A stretch of DNA of 64,000 nt from a bacterium (lineage in GTDB: Bacteria > Zhuqueibacterota > Zhuqueibacteria > Residuimicrobiales > Residuimicrobiaceae), in the NCBI GenBank assembly GCA_029565685.1, contig JAKQNR010000011.1, positions 81,962 to 145,961 on the forward strand, given 5' to 3'. Each line of letters begins with the position of its first letter. Position 1 is the stretch's first letter. Below, piece after piece: positions 1 to 9,638 of the stretch. The notes beneath the pieces were generated by a model. It saw nothing but the letters and a program-made list of their open reading frames with translations, was not told where the DNA came from and ran no database searches. A program made the position numbers and the translations under genes.

Positions 1-28
1 CGGCGGGTTTTCTCTGGTCGGCCGCAGA

Positions 29-2899
29 ATGACGCTGCGTTTGTATATCGACAACGGCGGCGACGTTTTCGTCAACGGCGCATTGTTGGGCAGCTTTGAA
101 TGGGGGCCGGCCGAGTTTGTCCTCTCGGAACGCCTTCAGGCCGGCGACCGAATTGTGCTGGCCGTGCGCGCTGTCAATCGGCCGGGATGGGGCAAGGTCA
201 GCGAATTCAGCGTGACCTTTAGCGGTATGGCCGAATTCCAGGCCCGTCTGCAGGACAAGGTTTGGGGTCTGCTCATCGCACAACGGGTAGCGCAAAAGTT
301 GTCCGACCGACCGGAGCACTGGCTTGCGGAGATCGAGAAAACCACGGAAAGGCTGATGGCGTGCAAAGAGCTGCAAAACGGCGATGAGCAGGGCTTTCTC
401 GCCGCCTTTGATCGTGAGAGCGCAAACTTGAACGCGCTGCAGCAGGAGGTCAAGAAAAAATACAAGCTGTACTGCGCCGGCTATTCGCACATGGATCTAG
501 CCTGGATGTGGCCCTGGGAGGAATCCGTGGAAATGGTGCGCAATACCACTGAATCGGTTTTCAACATCATGGAGCGGTTTCCTGATTTCAAGTACAGCAT
601 GGGCCAAGCACATGCGTATGAATGGCTCGAATTGTACGATCCCAAGCTTTTTGCGCAAATTCGGGAGAAAATCAAGCAGGGCAAATGGGAGATCGTCGGC
701 GGGCAATGGGTCGAACCGGACGGCAATCTGCCTTCCGGCGAAAGCTTTGTCCGCCAATCGCTGTACGGCAAACGCTATTTCCGTAACAAATTCGGTGTGG
801 ATGTCAAGATCGGTTGGCTGCCCGATTCTTTTGGTTTTAATTGGAACCTGCCGCAGATCCTCAGCCGTTCCGGCTACACCGGATTCGTCGTCACCCGGGT
901 CGATCTCAACGACAGTCGGGATTTCCCCCATCGCCTGTTCTGGTGGCAGGGACCGGACGGCAGCAAACTGGCGACCTATGTGATGCGCGACGGCTATATG
1001 CACGATCTCACCGGCGAGCAGCTGGTCGATTTTATCGCTGAGGAGAAAAAGGAGCTGAACATCGGCAAGGAGCTGGTGCTGTACGGGGTCGGCAATCACG
1101 GCGGCGGTCCCACCATGGCCATGTTGGAACGGGCTCTGCGCGCTCAGGCTGCGCCCGCCTTTCCAGAGATGACCCTCTCCTATGCCGAAGATTTTTTCAA
1201 CGCTCTGTCCACCCAGGACCGGGGGAAATTGCATACCTGGAGCTCTGAGCTTTATCTGGAGAGCATGCGCGGCTGCTACACCTCTCAGGCAAAGACCAAA
1301 AAGCACAATCGGCAGAGCGAGGCGCTGATTCAGACAGCGGAAAAAGCCTCGGCGCTGGCGGGTCTGTATGACTATGACTATCCGCAGGAGAACGTCTTTT
1401 CGGTGTGGCGTACCGTTCTATTCAACCAGTTTCATGATATCCTTCCCGGCACCTCCATCAACAGCGTCTATCAAAATAATGAAAAAGAATACGCGCAGAG
1501 CGAACAATTATCCCGCTTGCTGACGCAGCGGGCGCTGGAATCCCTTGCGCAGCATATCGACACCCGCGGCCCTGGTGAAGCGCTGGTCATTTTCAATCCG
1601 CTCTCCTGGTCGCGCACCAGTCCGGCGGTGGTGGAGCTGAATGACCTGGAAAAAGATAAATCGTGGTCGGTTCTGGATGAAGAGGGCAACCCTGTGGCCA
1701 GCCAGGTGATCGATCAGACTCCCTTGGGCGCCAAACTGCTGTTCATCGCCCGCGAGGTCCCGTCTCTCGGCTATAAAACCTACCGGTTGGCGGCAAAACG
1801 GTCTCAGTCGTCTCCATCGCAGTTGGCGTTCACCCGGACGGACATGGAAAACCGTTTTCTTCGGATCAGACTCGATCCTGAAACCGGGCTGCTCTCCGAG
1901 GTTTTCGACCGCAGCTCGCAGCGAGCGGTGTTGAGCGAGCCGAAGGGAAACATGCTGCAGGTTCTGATCGACGAGGCGCACGATGCTTGGAATTTGAATT
2001 ACAGCCAACCCCCTGTGAATCTTGACCGCCCTCGCGAGATCAGTCTGGTGGAATTCGGGCCGGTGCGGGCCACGCTCAAGGTCGTGCAGGCCTATCAGGG
2101 TAAAAAACGAGAAGAGCCAACGCCGGATTTCCCCACCTCTTTTTTCACCCAATACATCTCACTGTATGATGGACTGCCCTATGTGGAGGTGCGCAATCAG
2201 GCGAGCTGGTGGGAAGAACACAAAGTGCTGAAGGTGGGATTTCCGCTTAATGTGCACGCGGCCCAGGCGCGCTACGAGATCCCTTACGGCAGCATCACCC
2301 GGCCCACCGGTTCAACCACGCGGTTTGAAAAGGCGCGATTTGAAGTGCCGGCGCAGCGATGGGCCGATCTCTCGGCCGACGGCTATGGCGTCAGCCTGAT
2401 CAACGATTGCAAGTACGGCTATGACGTCAAAGGCCATGTGATGCGACTGACTCTGCTGCGATCTTCGACCTATCCGGATCCCTCGGCGGACAAGGGATTT
2501 CATGAGTACAGCTATATTCTCTACCCCCATGCGGGCGATTTTTATCAGGCCGGTGTGGTGCAAAAGAGCAGCGAGTACAACGAACCCCTTCAGGTACTGC
2601 GCGCATCGGCACATAAAGGAGAGCTGAGCCGCAGGCATTCGTTCATCACGGTGGAATCTGATCATGTGATTTTGAATGCGGTGAAAAAAGCGGAAGAGGG
2701 GGAAGGGTGGATTCTACGGTTTTATGAAACAGCGGGAAAAGAGGGAACGGCAGCGGTGCGTTTTGATCGCTCGATCAAACGGGTGGAGGAGGTGAATCTG
2801 ATCGAGGATCCGCTGCAGTCGATCCCCTCAACCCAGAATGGGTTCGTCTATCGGATCAAGCCCAACGAGATCCGCACCTTCCGGGTCGTGTGGCGCTAG
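29..2899 (+). CDS. Glycoside hydrolase family 38 alpha-mannosidase-like protein (956 aa)
   Basis: The N-terminal motif YSHMDLAWMW (H-x-D-x-x-W) and the motif WVEPDGNLPSGESFVRQSLYGKRYF are typical of the GH38 catalytic domain. Length is consistent with GH38 plus C-terminal beta-sandwich domains. Confidence 0.75.
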   Translation: MTLRLYIDNGGDVFVNGALLGSFEWGPAEFVLSERLQAGDRIVLAVRAVNRPGWGKVSEFSVTFSGMAEFQARLQDKVWGLLIAQRVAQKLSDRPEHWLAEIEKTTERLMACKELQNGDEQGFLAAFDRESANLNALQQEVKKKYKLYCAGYSHMDLAWMWPWEESVEMVRNTTESVFNIMERFPDFKYSMGQAHAYEWLELYDPKLFAQIREKIKQGKWEIVGGQWVEPDGNLPSGESFVRQSLYGKRYFRNKFGVDVKIGWLPDSFGFNWNLPQILSRSGYTGFVVTRVDLNDSRDFPHRLFWWQGPDGSKLATYVMRDGYMHDLTGEQLVDFIAEEKKELNIGKELVLYGVGNHGGGPTMAMLERALRAQAAPAFPEMTLSYAEDFFNALSTQDRGKLHTWSSELYLESMRGCYTSQAKTKKHNRQSEALIQTAEKASALAGLYDYDYPQENVFSVWRTVLFNQFHDILPGTSINSVYQNNEKEYAQSEQLSRLLTQRALESLAQHIDTRGPGEALVIFNPLSWSRTSPAVVELNDLEKDKSWSVLDEEGNPVASQVIDQTPLGAKLLFIAREVPSLGYKTYRLAAKRSQSSPSQLAFTRTDMENRFLRIRLDPETGLLSEVFDRSSQRAVLSEPKGNMLQVLIDEAHDAWNLNYSQPPVNLDRPREISLVEFGPVRATLKVVQAYQGKKREEPTPDFPTSFFTQYISLYDGLPYVEVRNQASWWEEHKVLKVGFPLNVHAAQARYEIPYGSITRPTGSTTRFEKARFEVPAQRWADLSADGYGVSLINDCKYGYDVKGHVMRLTLLRSSTYPDPSADKGFHEYSYILYPHAGDFYQAGVVQKSSEYNEPLQVLRASAHKGELSRRHSFITVESDHVILNAVKKAEEGEGWILRFYETAGKEGTAAVRFDRSIKRVEEVNLIEDPLQSIPSTQNGFVYRIKPNEIRTFRVVWR

Positions 2900-2904
2900 C
2901 GTGT

Positions 2905-3723
2905 TCAAAACCGGCTGCAGTGATAGAGAAAAATGCCTGCCGCCACGGCCACGTTCAACGAGTCGGTGTGTTGGGCCATAGGCAGGGTGAGGCGTTCGTC
3001 GCACAGGGAGAGCCACTCGGATCCCAGTCCCTGGCTCTCTGTGCCGAACAATAGAGCGCAGCGCCGGGGCGGCGTGTAGTCCGGCAACGAGGCGGTGGCG
3101 TCGTGCAGCACCGTGGCGACGAGTGAAACACCATGGTCTGCACGCAAGCGCTGTAAATCCTTGGCCAGATCCAGGGACTGGGCCATGGGCAGAGTGAACA
3201 CCGCTCCCATGGATACCCGCAACGTGCGTCGGTAAAAGGGATCGCGGCACCGTTCTCCCAAAATGACGCCGGCGACCTCAAATGCGGCGGCGGTGCGCAG
3301 AATGGCGCCGAGGTTTTCCGCATCATTGATCTCCGGACAGATGACCAGCCGGGCTTTGTCAGCAACAGGCGGCATCCAGTGGTCCGGAGAGGGCAGGGCT
3401 CGGCGTACGCCCAGGGCCAGAGCGCCACGGTTGAAGTCATAGCCGGCGATGAGACGGATCAGTTTTTTATCCACTGTGTAGACCGGGAGATCGCGATCCG
3501 CTGTATCGGCCGCCAGTTTATCCGCGCAGGCCTTTTCTACCAGCAAACTATGGGTTTCGTAACTGCTGTGCAAAAGACGGCGCACCAGATGCTCGCCTTC
3601 GGCGACGAACATGCCGTGCTTGTTCAGCAGTTCGCTCTCCTTGACCTCGCGAAACAGGGCGATACGAGGGTCGTCGATGGAGTGGATGGGGATGGCGTTC
3701 ATGAAAAAAAATAAGGCATTCAA
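2905..3723 (-). CDS. TrmH/SpoU family RNA 2'-O-methyltransferase
   Basis: SpoU methylase motifs LVICPEINDAENLGAILRTAAAFEVAGVIL and LLFGTESQGL...LTLPM are present. Length is about 270 aa. Confidence 0.7.
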   Translation of the reverse strand: MNALFFFMNAIPIHSIDDPRIALFREVKESELLNKHGMFVAEGEHLVRRLLHSSYETHSLLVEKACADKLAADTADRDLPVYTVDKKLIRLIAGYDFNRGALALGVRRALPSPDHWMPPVADKARLVICPEINDAENLGAILRTAAAFEVAGVILGERCRDPFYRRTLRVSMGAVFTLPMAQSLDLAKDLQRLRADHGVSLVATVLHDATASLPDYTPPRRCALLFGTESQGLGSEWLSLCDERLTLPMAQHTDSLNVAVAAGIFLYHCSRF

Positions 3724-3746
3724 CGGAAAAGTACAAGGAAAAATCC

Positions 3747-4337
3747 ATGGACCACGAGCGGCTGCAAAGGCAATTGACCTTTATTTTGGAAGCGGACAAG
3801 CTGAAGGGCGTGATTCGTCGGACCTTCGTGCCGGGTCAGGATCGCTATGAGAATTCGGCGGAACACAGCTGGCAGGTGGCGTTGATGGCCTGCATTCTCG
3901 CTGAACACGCGCAACAGCCGGTGGATGCCTGCAAAGTCATGAAGATGATGCTGGTGCACGACCTGGTGGAGATCGACGCCGGCGACACTTATGTATACGA
4001 CGCATCCGCTAACACGGACAAGGCGGAGCGCGAACAAAAAGCGGCGGACCGGCTCTTCGGCCTGTTGCCCGAGGATCAGGCGCAAGAGCTGCGGGCGTTG
4101 TGGGAAGAGTTCGAAGAGCGCAGCACCATGGAGGCTCGATTCGCCCGCAGTCTCGACCGGCTTATGCCCATGTTGCACAATTATCATACCCAGGGCCGCT
4201 CCTGGCTGGAGCACGGCATCAACCGCGAGCAGGTGGAAAAGACCAATGCGATCATGCAAGAGGGTTCCGCGATTCTCTGGGACTATGCGAAAGCGTTGAT
4301 CGATTCTGCAGTGCGGGAAAATTTTTTGCATCCTTGA
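3747..4337 (+). CDS. HD-domain phosphohydrolase (YfbR-like 5'-deoxynucleotidase family)
   Basis: The H...HD signature is present (AEHSWQVALMACIL ... MMLVHDLVEIDAGD). Size is about 196 aa. Confidence 0.65.
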   Translation: MDHERLQRQLTFILEADKLKGVIRRTFVPGQDRYENSAEHSWQVALMACILAEHAQQPVDACKVMKMMLVHDLVEIDAGDTYVYDASANTDKAEREQKAADRLFGLLPEDQAQELRALWEEFEERSTMEARFARSLDRLMPMLHNYHTQGRSWLEHGINREQVEKTNAIMQEGSAILWDYAKALIDSAVRENFLHP

Positions 4338-4369
4338 TCTCCATTATTCCTGCCATTTCCAGAAACCCC

Positions 4370-4398
4370 TTGACTCTCACCTTATATATTATTATATT
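4370..4398 (+). promoter_or_regulatory. Consensus sigma-70-like promoter upstream of arsR (TTGACT-N17-TATATT)
   Basis: TTGACT lies at 4370-4375, followed by a 17-nt spacer and TATATT at 4393-4398. The spacer is AT-rich with partial dyad symmetry (possible ArsR operator). It sits about 15 nt before the arsR ATG, so the leader is very short. Confidence 0.4.
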
Positions 4399-4413
4399 TC
4401 TAAGAATATCGAA

Positions 4414-4776
4414 ATGAATGAGGAAGCTATGCACGAACCAGTGGACCTGCTGAAAGCGATCTCTGATCACGGGAGGTTGCGCATTCTCAAGTTGCTCGAG
4501 ACTCGGAGTCTCTGTGTATGTGAGATCACCGAAATCATCGGATTGGCCACCTCCACCATCTCATCTCACTTGAACCTCTTGAAAAACAGTAGGTTGATTG
4601 AGGATGAAAAGGACGGAAAATGGATCAATTACCGGTTGGCGTCGCCTGCTGATCCTCTGTTCGCCCAGCTCTGGCCTTTGATCTCTAAAAGGCTGGAGTT
4701 GGATCCGGTGGTCGCAGCGGACAAAAAAAAGGCGGCGCAGGTAGATCGTTACAAGATTTGCGGAAATGGAAAGTGA
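4414..4776 (+). CDS. arsR: ArsR/SmtB family metalloregulatory transcriptional repressor
   Basis: It has a winged HTH of ArsR type (LRILKLLETRSLCVCEITEIIGLATSTISSHLNLLKNSRLI) with a CVC metal-binding motif in helix 3. It is the first gene of an ars cluster. Confidence 0.8.
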   Translation: MNEEAMHEPVDLLKAISDHGRLRILKLLETRSLCVCEITEIIGLATSTISSHLNLLKNSRLIEDEKDGKWINYRLASPADPLFAQLWPLISKRLELDPVVAADKKKAAQVDRYKICGNGK

Positions 4777-4784
4777 GGCGACCC

Positions 4785-7223
4785 ATGCTGAACACGGATG
4801 CCTGCGGGAGATCCTTTTGTCCAACTTGTTCCGGATTGCGGCCTTTGCGAATTTTTGTTTTGCTGACCATGGCCCTATTGCCGCTTTCGCTTTTCGCGCA
4901 GGAGTTACGCGGCGGCATCTGTCCGCCTTTTCATCTGTACGATGAACAGGGCGAGATCATTAATCCGGTCCTATCGCCGAATATCTCCCAGCCCTATTCT
5001 CCGCGGCAGACCTGCGGCAAATGTCATGACTATGAAAAGATCACTCAAGGCTATCACTTTCAGCAGGGCAAAGATGAAGTCGCCCCTGCTTTCATGCAGG
5101 AACGATACCGCTGGGTCACCTCGCCCGGTAATTACGGCGGCAACTGGTGTTCGCCCGCTCCCCTTTATCGCAGCCTGGCGCTCAAGAAGAATGAAAAGGC
5201 GCGTCAGATCGACATGACCTCTTTTGAATTCATCACCGCCACCTGCGGCTATTGTCACCCCGGCGGCGGACCAGCGGAGCTGGATCGGGAGGGCAATCGC
5301 TACGATCAGCATATGGCCGATCCTTCCAGCTCAATGACGCCGGGCGGCGACAACGGACTGGACGGCGATTATTACAAAGCTTTCTGGAGTGAAACCGGCG
5401 TGCTCGAAGCGGATTGCATGCTCTGTCATCTGCCGGAATACAACCAAAAAGAACGTCAACATCAAATAGATTTATGGAATTTCCGTTGGGCTGCCACGGC
5501 AGGAGCTCGCTTGGCCAAGGTCGAAGGAAGCATCAAAGATAAAAAGCCGGTGACTCTTGTTTATGATCTTTCTCTATTCGATGCAGAGGGCAGGCTTTCG
5601 GCACATCTCGTACGTGAACCGCGCAACGAAACCTGCTTGACGTGTCATGCCAAGCCGCAGTGGAAAAAGCGCGGCGCCAATTTCACCAGCCGCAGCGATG
5701 TACATATGAAAGCCGGGTTGAAATGTGTGGATTGTCATGCCGCCGGCAGCGCAGCAGCCGATCCGCTTATCCGTGGAAAGGAAGAGCACCAATTCGGCAA
5801 GGGAGACGATCCTTCCGGCCATGTGCGGGATGATCTGGACAACACCATGCGGGATTGCGCTGATTGTCATTTGGATGGGTATCTGAATGCACCACGACCG
5901 AAACACGCGTGGCTGCCGCCTTTGCATCTGAACAAGATCGCCTGTGAAACCTGCCACATCCCGGAGCGCGGATTCAAATCAGCCATGGTGCAGGTCAGCG
6001 ATGCGTATAATCCGGGCCCGAAAATCTCGCCGCCGGCCAAGCATATCTGGACTTTTTATGACGCCAACTTGCAATACTGGAACCATTATGGCGAGCTGGC
6101 ACAATTTAGCGTTGCCGATAAGCCGGTCGTGCCCTACAGGCCGGTTTTGGCGCGTTACAAGGATAAAATTTACCCGGTTAATCGCGTACACAGCGCCTGG
6201 CCCGGCATCGAGGAAGAGGGCAAGCCCGGCTTGAATCAGCCTTTTATGAGAGATGTGTTTGCTATGTGGCAGCGTCACCTGAAAGATCCGCTGCAATTTC
6301 CGCTGTTGGAAAAAATCCGCGATGATAACGGCGACGGCATGCCGGAAGTCAACCGCGATGAAGAGATCGACGCCATGATTGTTTCGCTTCGCGGCTATTT
6401 GCAGCAAACAGGATTCGATCTTTCCGGCAAACGCGTGGTCTGGGTCAATAATGACCTGGTCTATTATTCGGCCGGCGAACACAGGAAGCTCGCCAAAGAG
6501 ACTTTTGAAGCCTCTCCCTATGCTTCGGTATACAAATACTCCCATGACGTTTATCCGGCTCAGGCGGCACTGGGCGTGAATGGCTGCATGGACTGTCATA
6601 GCACGCGCTCCGGCTTTTTTACCGCTCCAGTGGTGCACTATCCTTTCGCAGACGAGGGCAAACCGGTTTATACAGCGCAGTACCGCCTCATGGGGTTGTC
6701 GCCCTGGGCGGTCTATGCCTCTCTCTGGCGAGAAACCTGGATGAAGCCGATTTTTTATCTGGGGATGATTATCCTCTTTATTCTGTTATTGGCCGGCCTG
6801 GGGGATAAACATATTAGAGCCCTGCTGCCTTCAGCTCGCCTGCGCCGGATTATGCTGCCGGGGATCGCCCTGGTCATTGCTTTGGCCATAGGACTTTTTT
6901 ACAGCGCAGCGCCTGAACTGTCCGCTTACATGCTGCCGTCGCGGCTGCAGCTGGACGCCAATCATTTTTATCTGGCAGTCGGCGCCATCCTGATGTCGAT
7001 GCTGGCTCTCCTGGGTTTTCCGGTCGGTGCCGGCAAATTTTTCCGCTTGGCTGAATTCATGCGCTTTATCGCCTGGACCAGCATGGGTTTGTCGGTCGTC
7101 TGCGGTTTGGCAATGCTTTGCGGCAATGGGCGTTGGTGGTACACTTTTTTTGATCTGGGATTGGTGACGATGGTGCTGGCCGCTGCAAAAGGACTGGTCC
7201 TGAAAACCTGGCAGGAAGAGTGA
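4785..7223 (+). CDS. Octaheme c-type cytochrome with signal peptide and C-terminal multi-helix membrane anchor
   Basis: There are eight CXXCH motifs (CGKCH, CGYCH, CMLCH, CLTCH, CVDCH, CADCH, CETCH, CMDCH). A signal-peptide-like segment IFVLLTMALLPLSLFAQE precedes them. The last ~170 aa are strongly hydrophobic, about 4-5 predicted TM helices. The frame runs from TTG 4758, but ATG 4785 is the preferred start, so the overlap with the arsR stop is short. Confidence 0.7.
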   Translation: MLNTDACGRSFCPTCSGLRPLRIFVLLTMALLPLSLFAQELRGGICPPFHLYDEQGEIINPVLSPNISQPYSPRQTCGKCHDYEKITQGYHFQQGKDEVAPAFMQERYRWVTSPGNYGGNWCSPAPLYRSLALKKNEKARQIDMTSFEFITATCGYCHPGGGPAELDREGNRYDQHMADPSSSMTPGGDNGLDGDYYKAFWSETGVLEADCMLCHLPEYNQKERQHQIDLWNFRWAATAGARLAKVEGSIKDKKPVTLVYDLSLFDAEGRLSAHLVREPRNETCLTCHAKPQWKKRGANFTSRSDVHMKAGLKCVDCHAAGSAAADPLIRGKEEHQFGKGDDPSGHVRDDLDNTMRDCADCHLDGYLNAPRPKHAWLPPLHLNKIACETCHIPERGFKSAMVQVSDAYNPGPKISPPAKHIWTFYDANLQYWNHYGELAQFSVADKPVVPYRPVLARYKDKIYPVNRVHSAWPGIEEEGKPGLNQPFMRDVFAMWQRHLKDPLQFPLLEKIRDDNGDGMPEVNRDEEIDAMIVSLRGYLQQTGFDLSGKRVVWVNNDLVYYSAGEHRKLAKETFEASPYASVYKYSHDVYPAQAALGVNGCMDCHSTRSGFFTAPVVHYPFADEGKPVYTAQYRLMGLSPWAVYASLWRETWMKPIFYLGMIILFILLLAGLGDKHIRALLPSARLRRIMLPGIALVIALAIGLFYSAAPELSAYMLPSRLQLDANHFYLAVGAILMSMLALLGFPVGAGKFFRLAEFMRFIAWTSMGLSVVCGLAMLCGNGRWWYTFFDLGLVTMVLAAAKGLVLKTWQEE

Positions 7224-7305
7224 GGGGCGCATCCCCCTTCAATATCCGAGTAACCGAGAGAGCGACCGGCTGTCAACGAGTTCATTTTGCCAGCCCAAAT
7301 GGATG

Positions 7306-7340
7306 CCGGTCGACAGGGTGACAAGTCCTGTCCGGGTTTT
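7306..7340 (+). terminator. Possible intrinsic terminator after the cytochrome gene
   Basis: A hairpin GACAGG-gtgacaagt-CCTGTC, extendable with CCGG/CGGG, is followed by TTTT. The stem is modest. Confidence 0.3.
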
Positions 7341-7474
7341 GCGTTTAACGACAGGAGCGGCGAGGCCTGTTTTTCGATCGACGAACAATATACAAAATCA
7401 AACCGTTAAGCTTTGCACGACTAAACCTTGAGGCCGTACGAACCGGATCACTATGCAAGGAGAGCGACTAGTAA

Positions 7475-8773
7475 ATGAATTGGAATAAAGAACTCAAACC
7501 GTTGTTTTGGATGGTCGGGGCATTCATCTTGCTTTACTATCTGCCCATCGGCACACAAAGATTTGACAATGCCGTCATGGAGGCCTTCCACCTGGTCAAG
7601 TGGTATGCTCGGGAGCATGTCTTGCTGTGTCTGGTGCCAGCTTTTTTCATCGCCGGCGCCATCGGCGTATTTGTCAGCCAGGATTCGGTAATGAGATACC
7701 TCGGGCCGCGCGCCAATAAAGTGCTGGCATACGGCGTCGCTTCGGTATCCGGCACGATTCTGGCGGTGTGCTCCTGCACGGTGTTGCCGCTGTTTTCCGG
7801 TATCTATACCATGGGCGCAGGTTTGGGACCAGCCACGGCCTTCCTCTATTCCGGCCCTGCCATCAACGTACTGGCCATCATTCTCACTGCTCGGATCCTG
7901 GGGCTGGAACTAGGCGTGGCGCGGGCGGTCGGCGCTATCGTCTTTGCGGTCATCATCGGTTTGCTGATGCACTGGATTTTCCGGCATGAAAAAAAGAAAG
8001 AGCACGACGGCCCCGTACAGTTGGATGAATCCAAAGCCGGCCGGCCCTTATGGCAGACGGTGGTTTATTTTTTCCTCATGATCGCCATCCTGGTTTTCGC
8101 CAACTGGGGAAAACCGGAGGAGACGGAAGGCTTCTGGCGCACAGTCTATTCCCTCAAGTGGATCTTGACGGCCTTCAGCGCCTTGGGTCTGGCTGTCGTT
8201 CTGGGATTGTGGTTCAATATCAGCTGGCTTCGTCTTGGTCTGGCTGCGTTGCCGGTGATTCTGCTCGGACTTTTTACCCCGTCCAGCCCGGTCTTGCTCT
8301 TTGCGATCGGTTCCGTCGGCCTGGCCGTTGTCACGGCTGTGGACAAGGGCGAAGCGGGTGATTGGTTTGCCGCTTCCTGGGATTTTGCCAAAAAGATATT
8401 GCCTTTGCTGTTGATGGGCGTGTTCATCGCCGGCATGCTTTTAGGAAGAGTGGGGCATGAAGGAATCGTTCCCTCCGAATGGGTCAACCGGGCCGTCGGC
8501 GGAAACTCCCTCTTTGCCAATTTCTTCGCCTCCATCGCCGGGGCGTTTATGTATTTTGCCACATTGACCGAGGTGCCGATTCTGCAGGGGCTCATCGGCA
8601 GCGGCATGGGCAAAGGACCGGCATTGGCGCTGCTGTTGGCCGGCCCGGCGCTTTCATTGCCGAGTATGTTGGTGTTGCGTTCCGTGATGGGAACTAAAAA
8701 GACGTTTGTTTTCGTGATGCTCGTGGTGATTATGGCGACAATAACCGGCGTGGTTTTTGGCTATTTCTTCTAG
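7475..8773 (+). CDS. arsP: DUF318/YraQ-type permease, ArsP-like (candidate organoarsenical efflux permease)
   Basis: This is a polytopic membrane protein with the conserved CSC motif in a TM helix ([11 protein letters not shown]), as in ArsP/DUF318 permeases (ICSCxxxPL). It lies immediately upstream of arsM and has an AAGGAG RBS. Confidence 0.6.
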   Translation: MNWNKELKPLFWMVGAFILLYYLPIGTQRFDNAVMEAFHLVKWYAREHVLLCLVPAFFIAGAIGVFVSQDSVMRYLGPRANKVLAYGVASVSGTILAVCSCTVLPLFSGIYTMGAGLGPATAFLYSGPAINVLAIILTARILGLELGVARAVGAIVFAVIIGLLMHWIFRHEKKKEHDGPVQLDESKAGRPLWQTVVYFFLMIAILVFANWGKPEETEGFWRTVYSLKWILTAFSALGLAVVLGLWFNISWLRLGLAALPVILLGLFTPSSPVLLFAIGSVGLAVVTAVDKGEAGDWFAASWDFAKKILPLLLMGVFIAGMLLGRVGHEGIVPSEWVNRAVGGNSLFANFFASIAGAFMYFATLTEVPILQGLIGSGMGKGPALALLLAGPALSLPSMLVLRSVMGTKKTFVFVMLVVIMATITGVVFGYFF

Positions 8774-8789
8774 CGGAGAAAGAAAAAAG

Positions 8790-9596
8790 ATGAATGAAAT
8801 GACAAATGATCAAATTCGCAAGGCTGTGCGACAGCGGTATAGCCTTGCAGCGCAAAAAAGTGAATTCGGATGTGGTTGCGGACCTTCCTGTTGCGGCGGA
8901 GAGGCGCCTGACGAAGGGCATCGGCAGACATCCGCGCGACTGGGATACACCCAGGAAGAACTGGACCAAGTGCCGGCTGGTTCAAACCTGGGCCTTGGTT
9001 GCGGCAATCCACAGGCCATTGCTGCGCTCAAGCCAGGTGAGGTGGTTCTTGATTTAGGCAGCGGCGCCGGTTTTGATTGCTTTCTGGCCGCGCAGCAAGT
9101 GGGTCCTGAAGGATTCGTCATCGGCGTGGACATGACGCCCGAGATGGTGGCCAATGCCCGGGCCAATGCCCAACAGGATGGTTATAAAAATATCTCCTTT
9201 CGCCTGGGCGAGATCGAAGCGCTGCCTGTGGCGAATGAGGCTGTGGATGTGATCATCTCCAACTGTGTGATCAATTTGTCTCCCGACAAAGAGTCGGTCT
9301 TGCGTGAAGCTTTTCGCGTGCTCAAGCCCAATGGCCGACTCGCCATTTCTGATGTGGTGGCTACGGCTGATCTGCCGCAGGAAATTCGCGGCAATCTCGA
9401 TTTATATGCGGCGTGTGCAGCCGGCGCCCTTACTATTTCAGAGTTGGAGAGGCTTCTCAATCGAACCGGTTTTATCGATATAGCGATCACGCCCAAAGAT
9501 GAGAGCCGCGATTTTATTCGGGAATGGGCGCCGGACCGTAATCTGGAGGATTATATTGTTTCGGCGGCCATAACCGCCAGGAAACCACTGCGCTGA
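8790..9596 (+). CDS. arsM: Arsenite S-adenosylmethionine methyltransferase ArsM
   Basis: The SAM-MTase motif I is [13 protein letters not shown]. ArsM-typical cysteine clusters are present: [11 protein letters not shown] near the N-terminus, ISNCVINLS and AACAAG. The start is chosen at ATG 8790, which has a GGAGAAAG RBS. An upstream TTG at 8757 is an alternative. Confidence 0.85.
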   Translation: MNEMTNDQIRKAVRQRYSLAAQKSEFGCGCGPSCCGGEAPDEGHRQTSARLGYTQEELDQVPAGSNLGLGCGNPQAIAALKPGEVVLDLGSGAGFDCFLAAQQVGPEGFVIGVDMTPEMVANARANAQQDGYKNISFRLGEIEALPVANEAVDVIISNCVINLSPDKESVLREAFRVLKPNGRLAISDVVATADLPQEIRGNLDLYAACAAGALTISELERLLNRTGFIDIAITPKDESRDFIREWAPDRNLEDYIVSAAITARKPLR

Positions 9597-9638
9597 ACGA
9601 AATTTTCGCACTGATTCTCATTTCAAATTCGAGGACCT

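Noticed and set aside
497-2152. Minus-strand ORFs 497-1306 and 1508-2152
   Set aside because: They are antisense to the GH38 gene. The GH38 frame carries the family motifs. The antisense products are Ala/Arg/Gly-rich low-complexity.
5979-6638. 219-aa minus-strand ORF inside the cytochrome gene
   Set aside because: The plus-strand frame carries eight CXXCH motifs. The antisense ORF has none.
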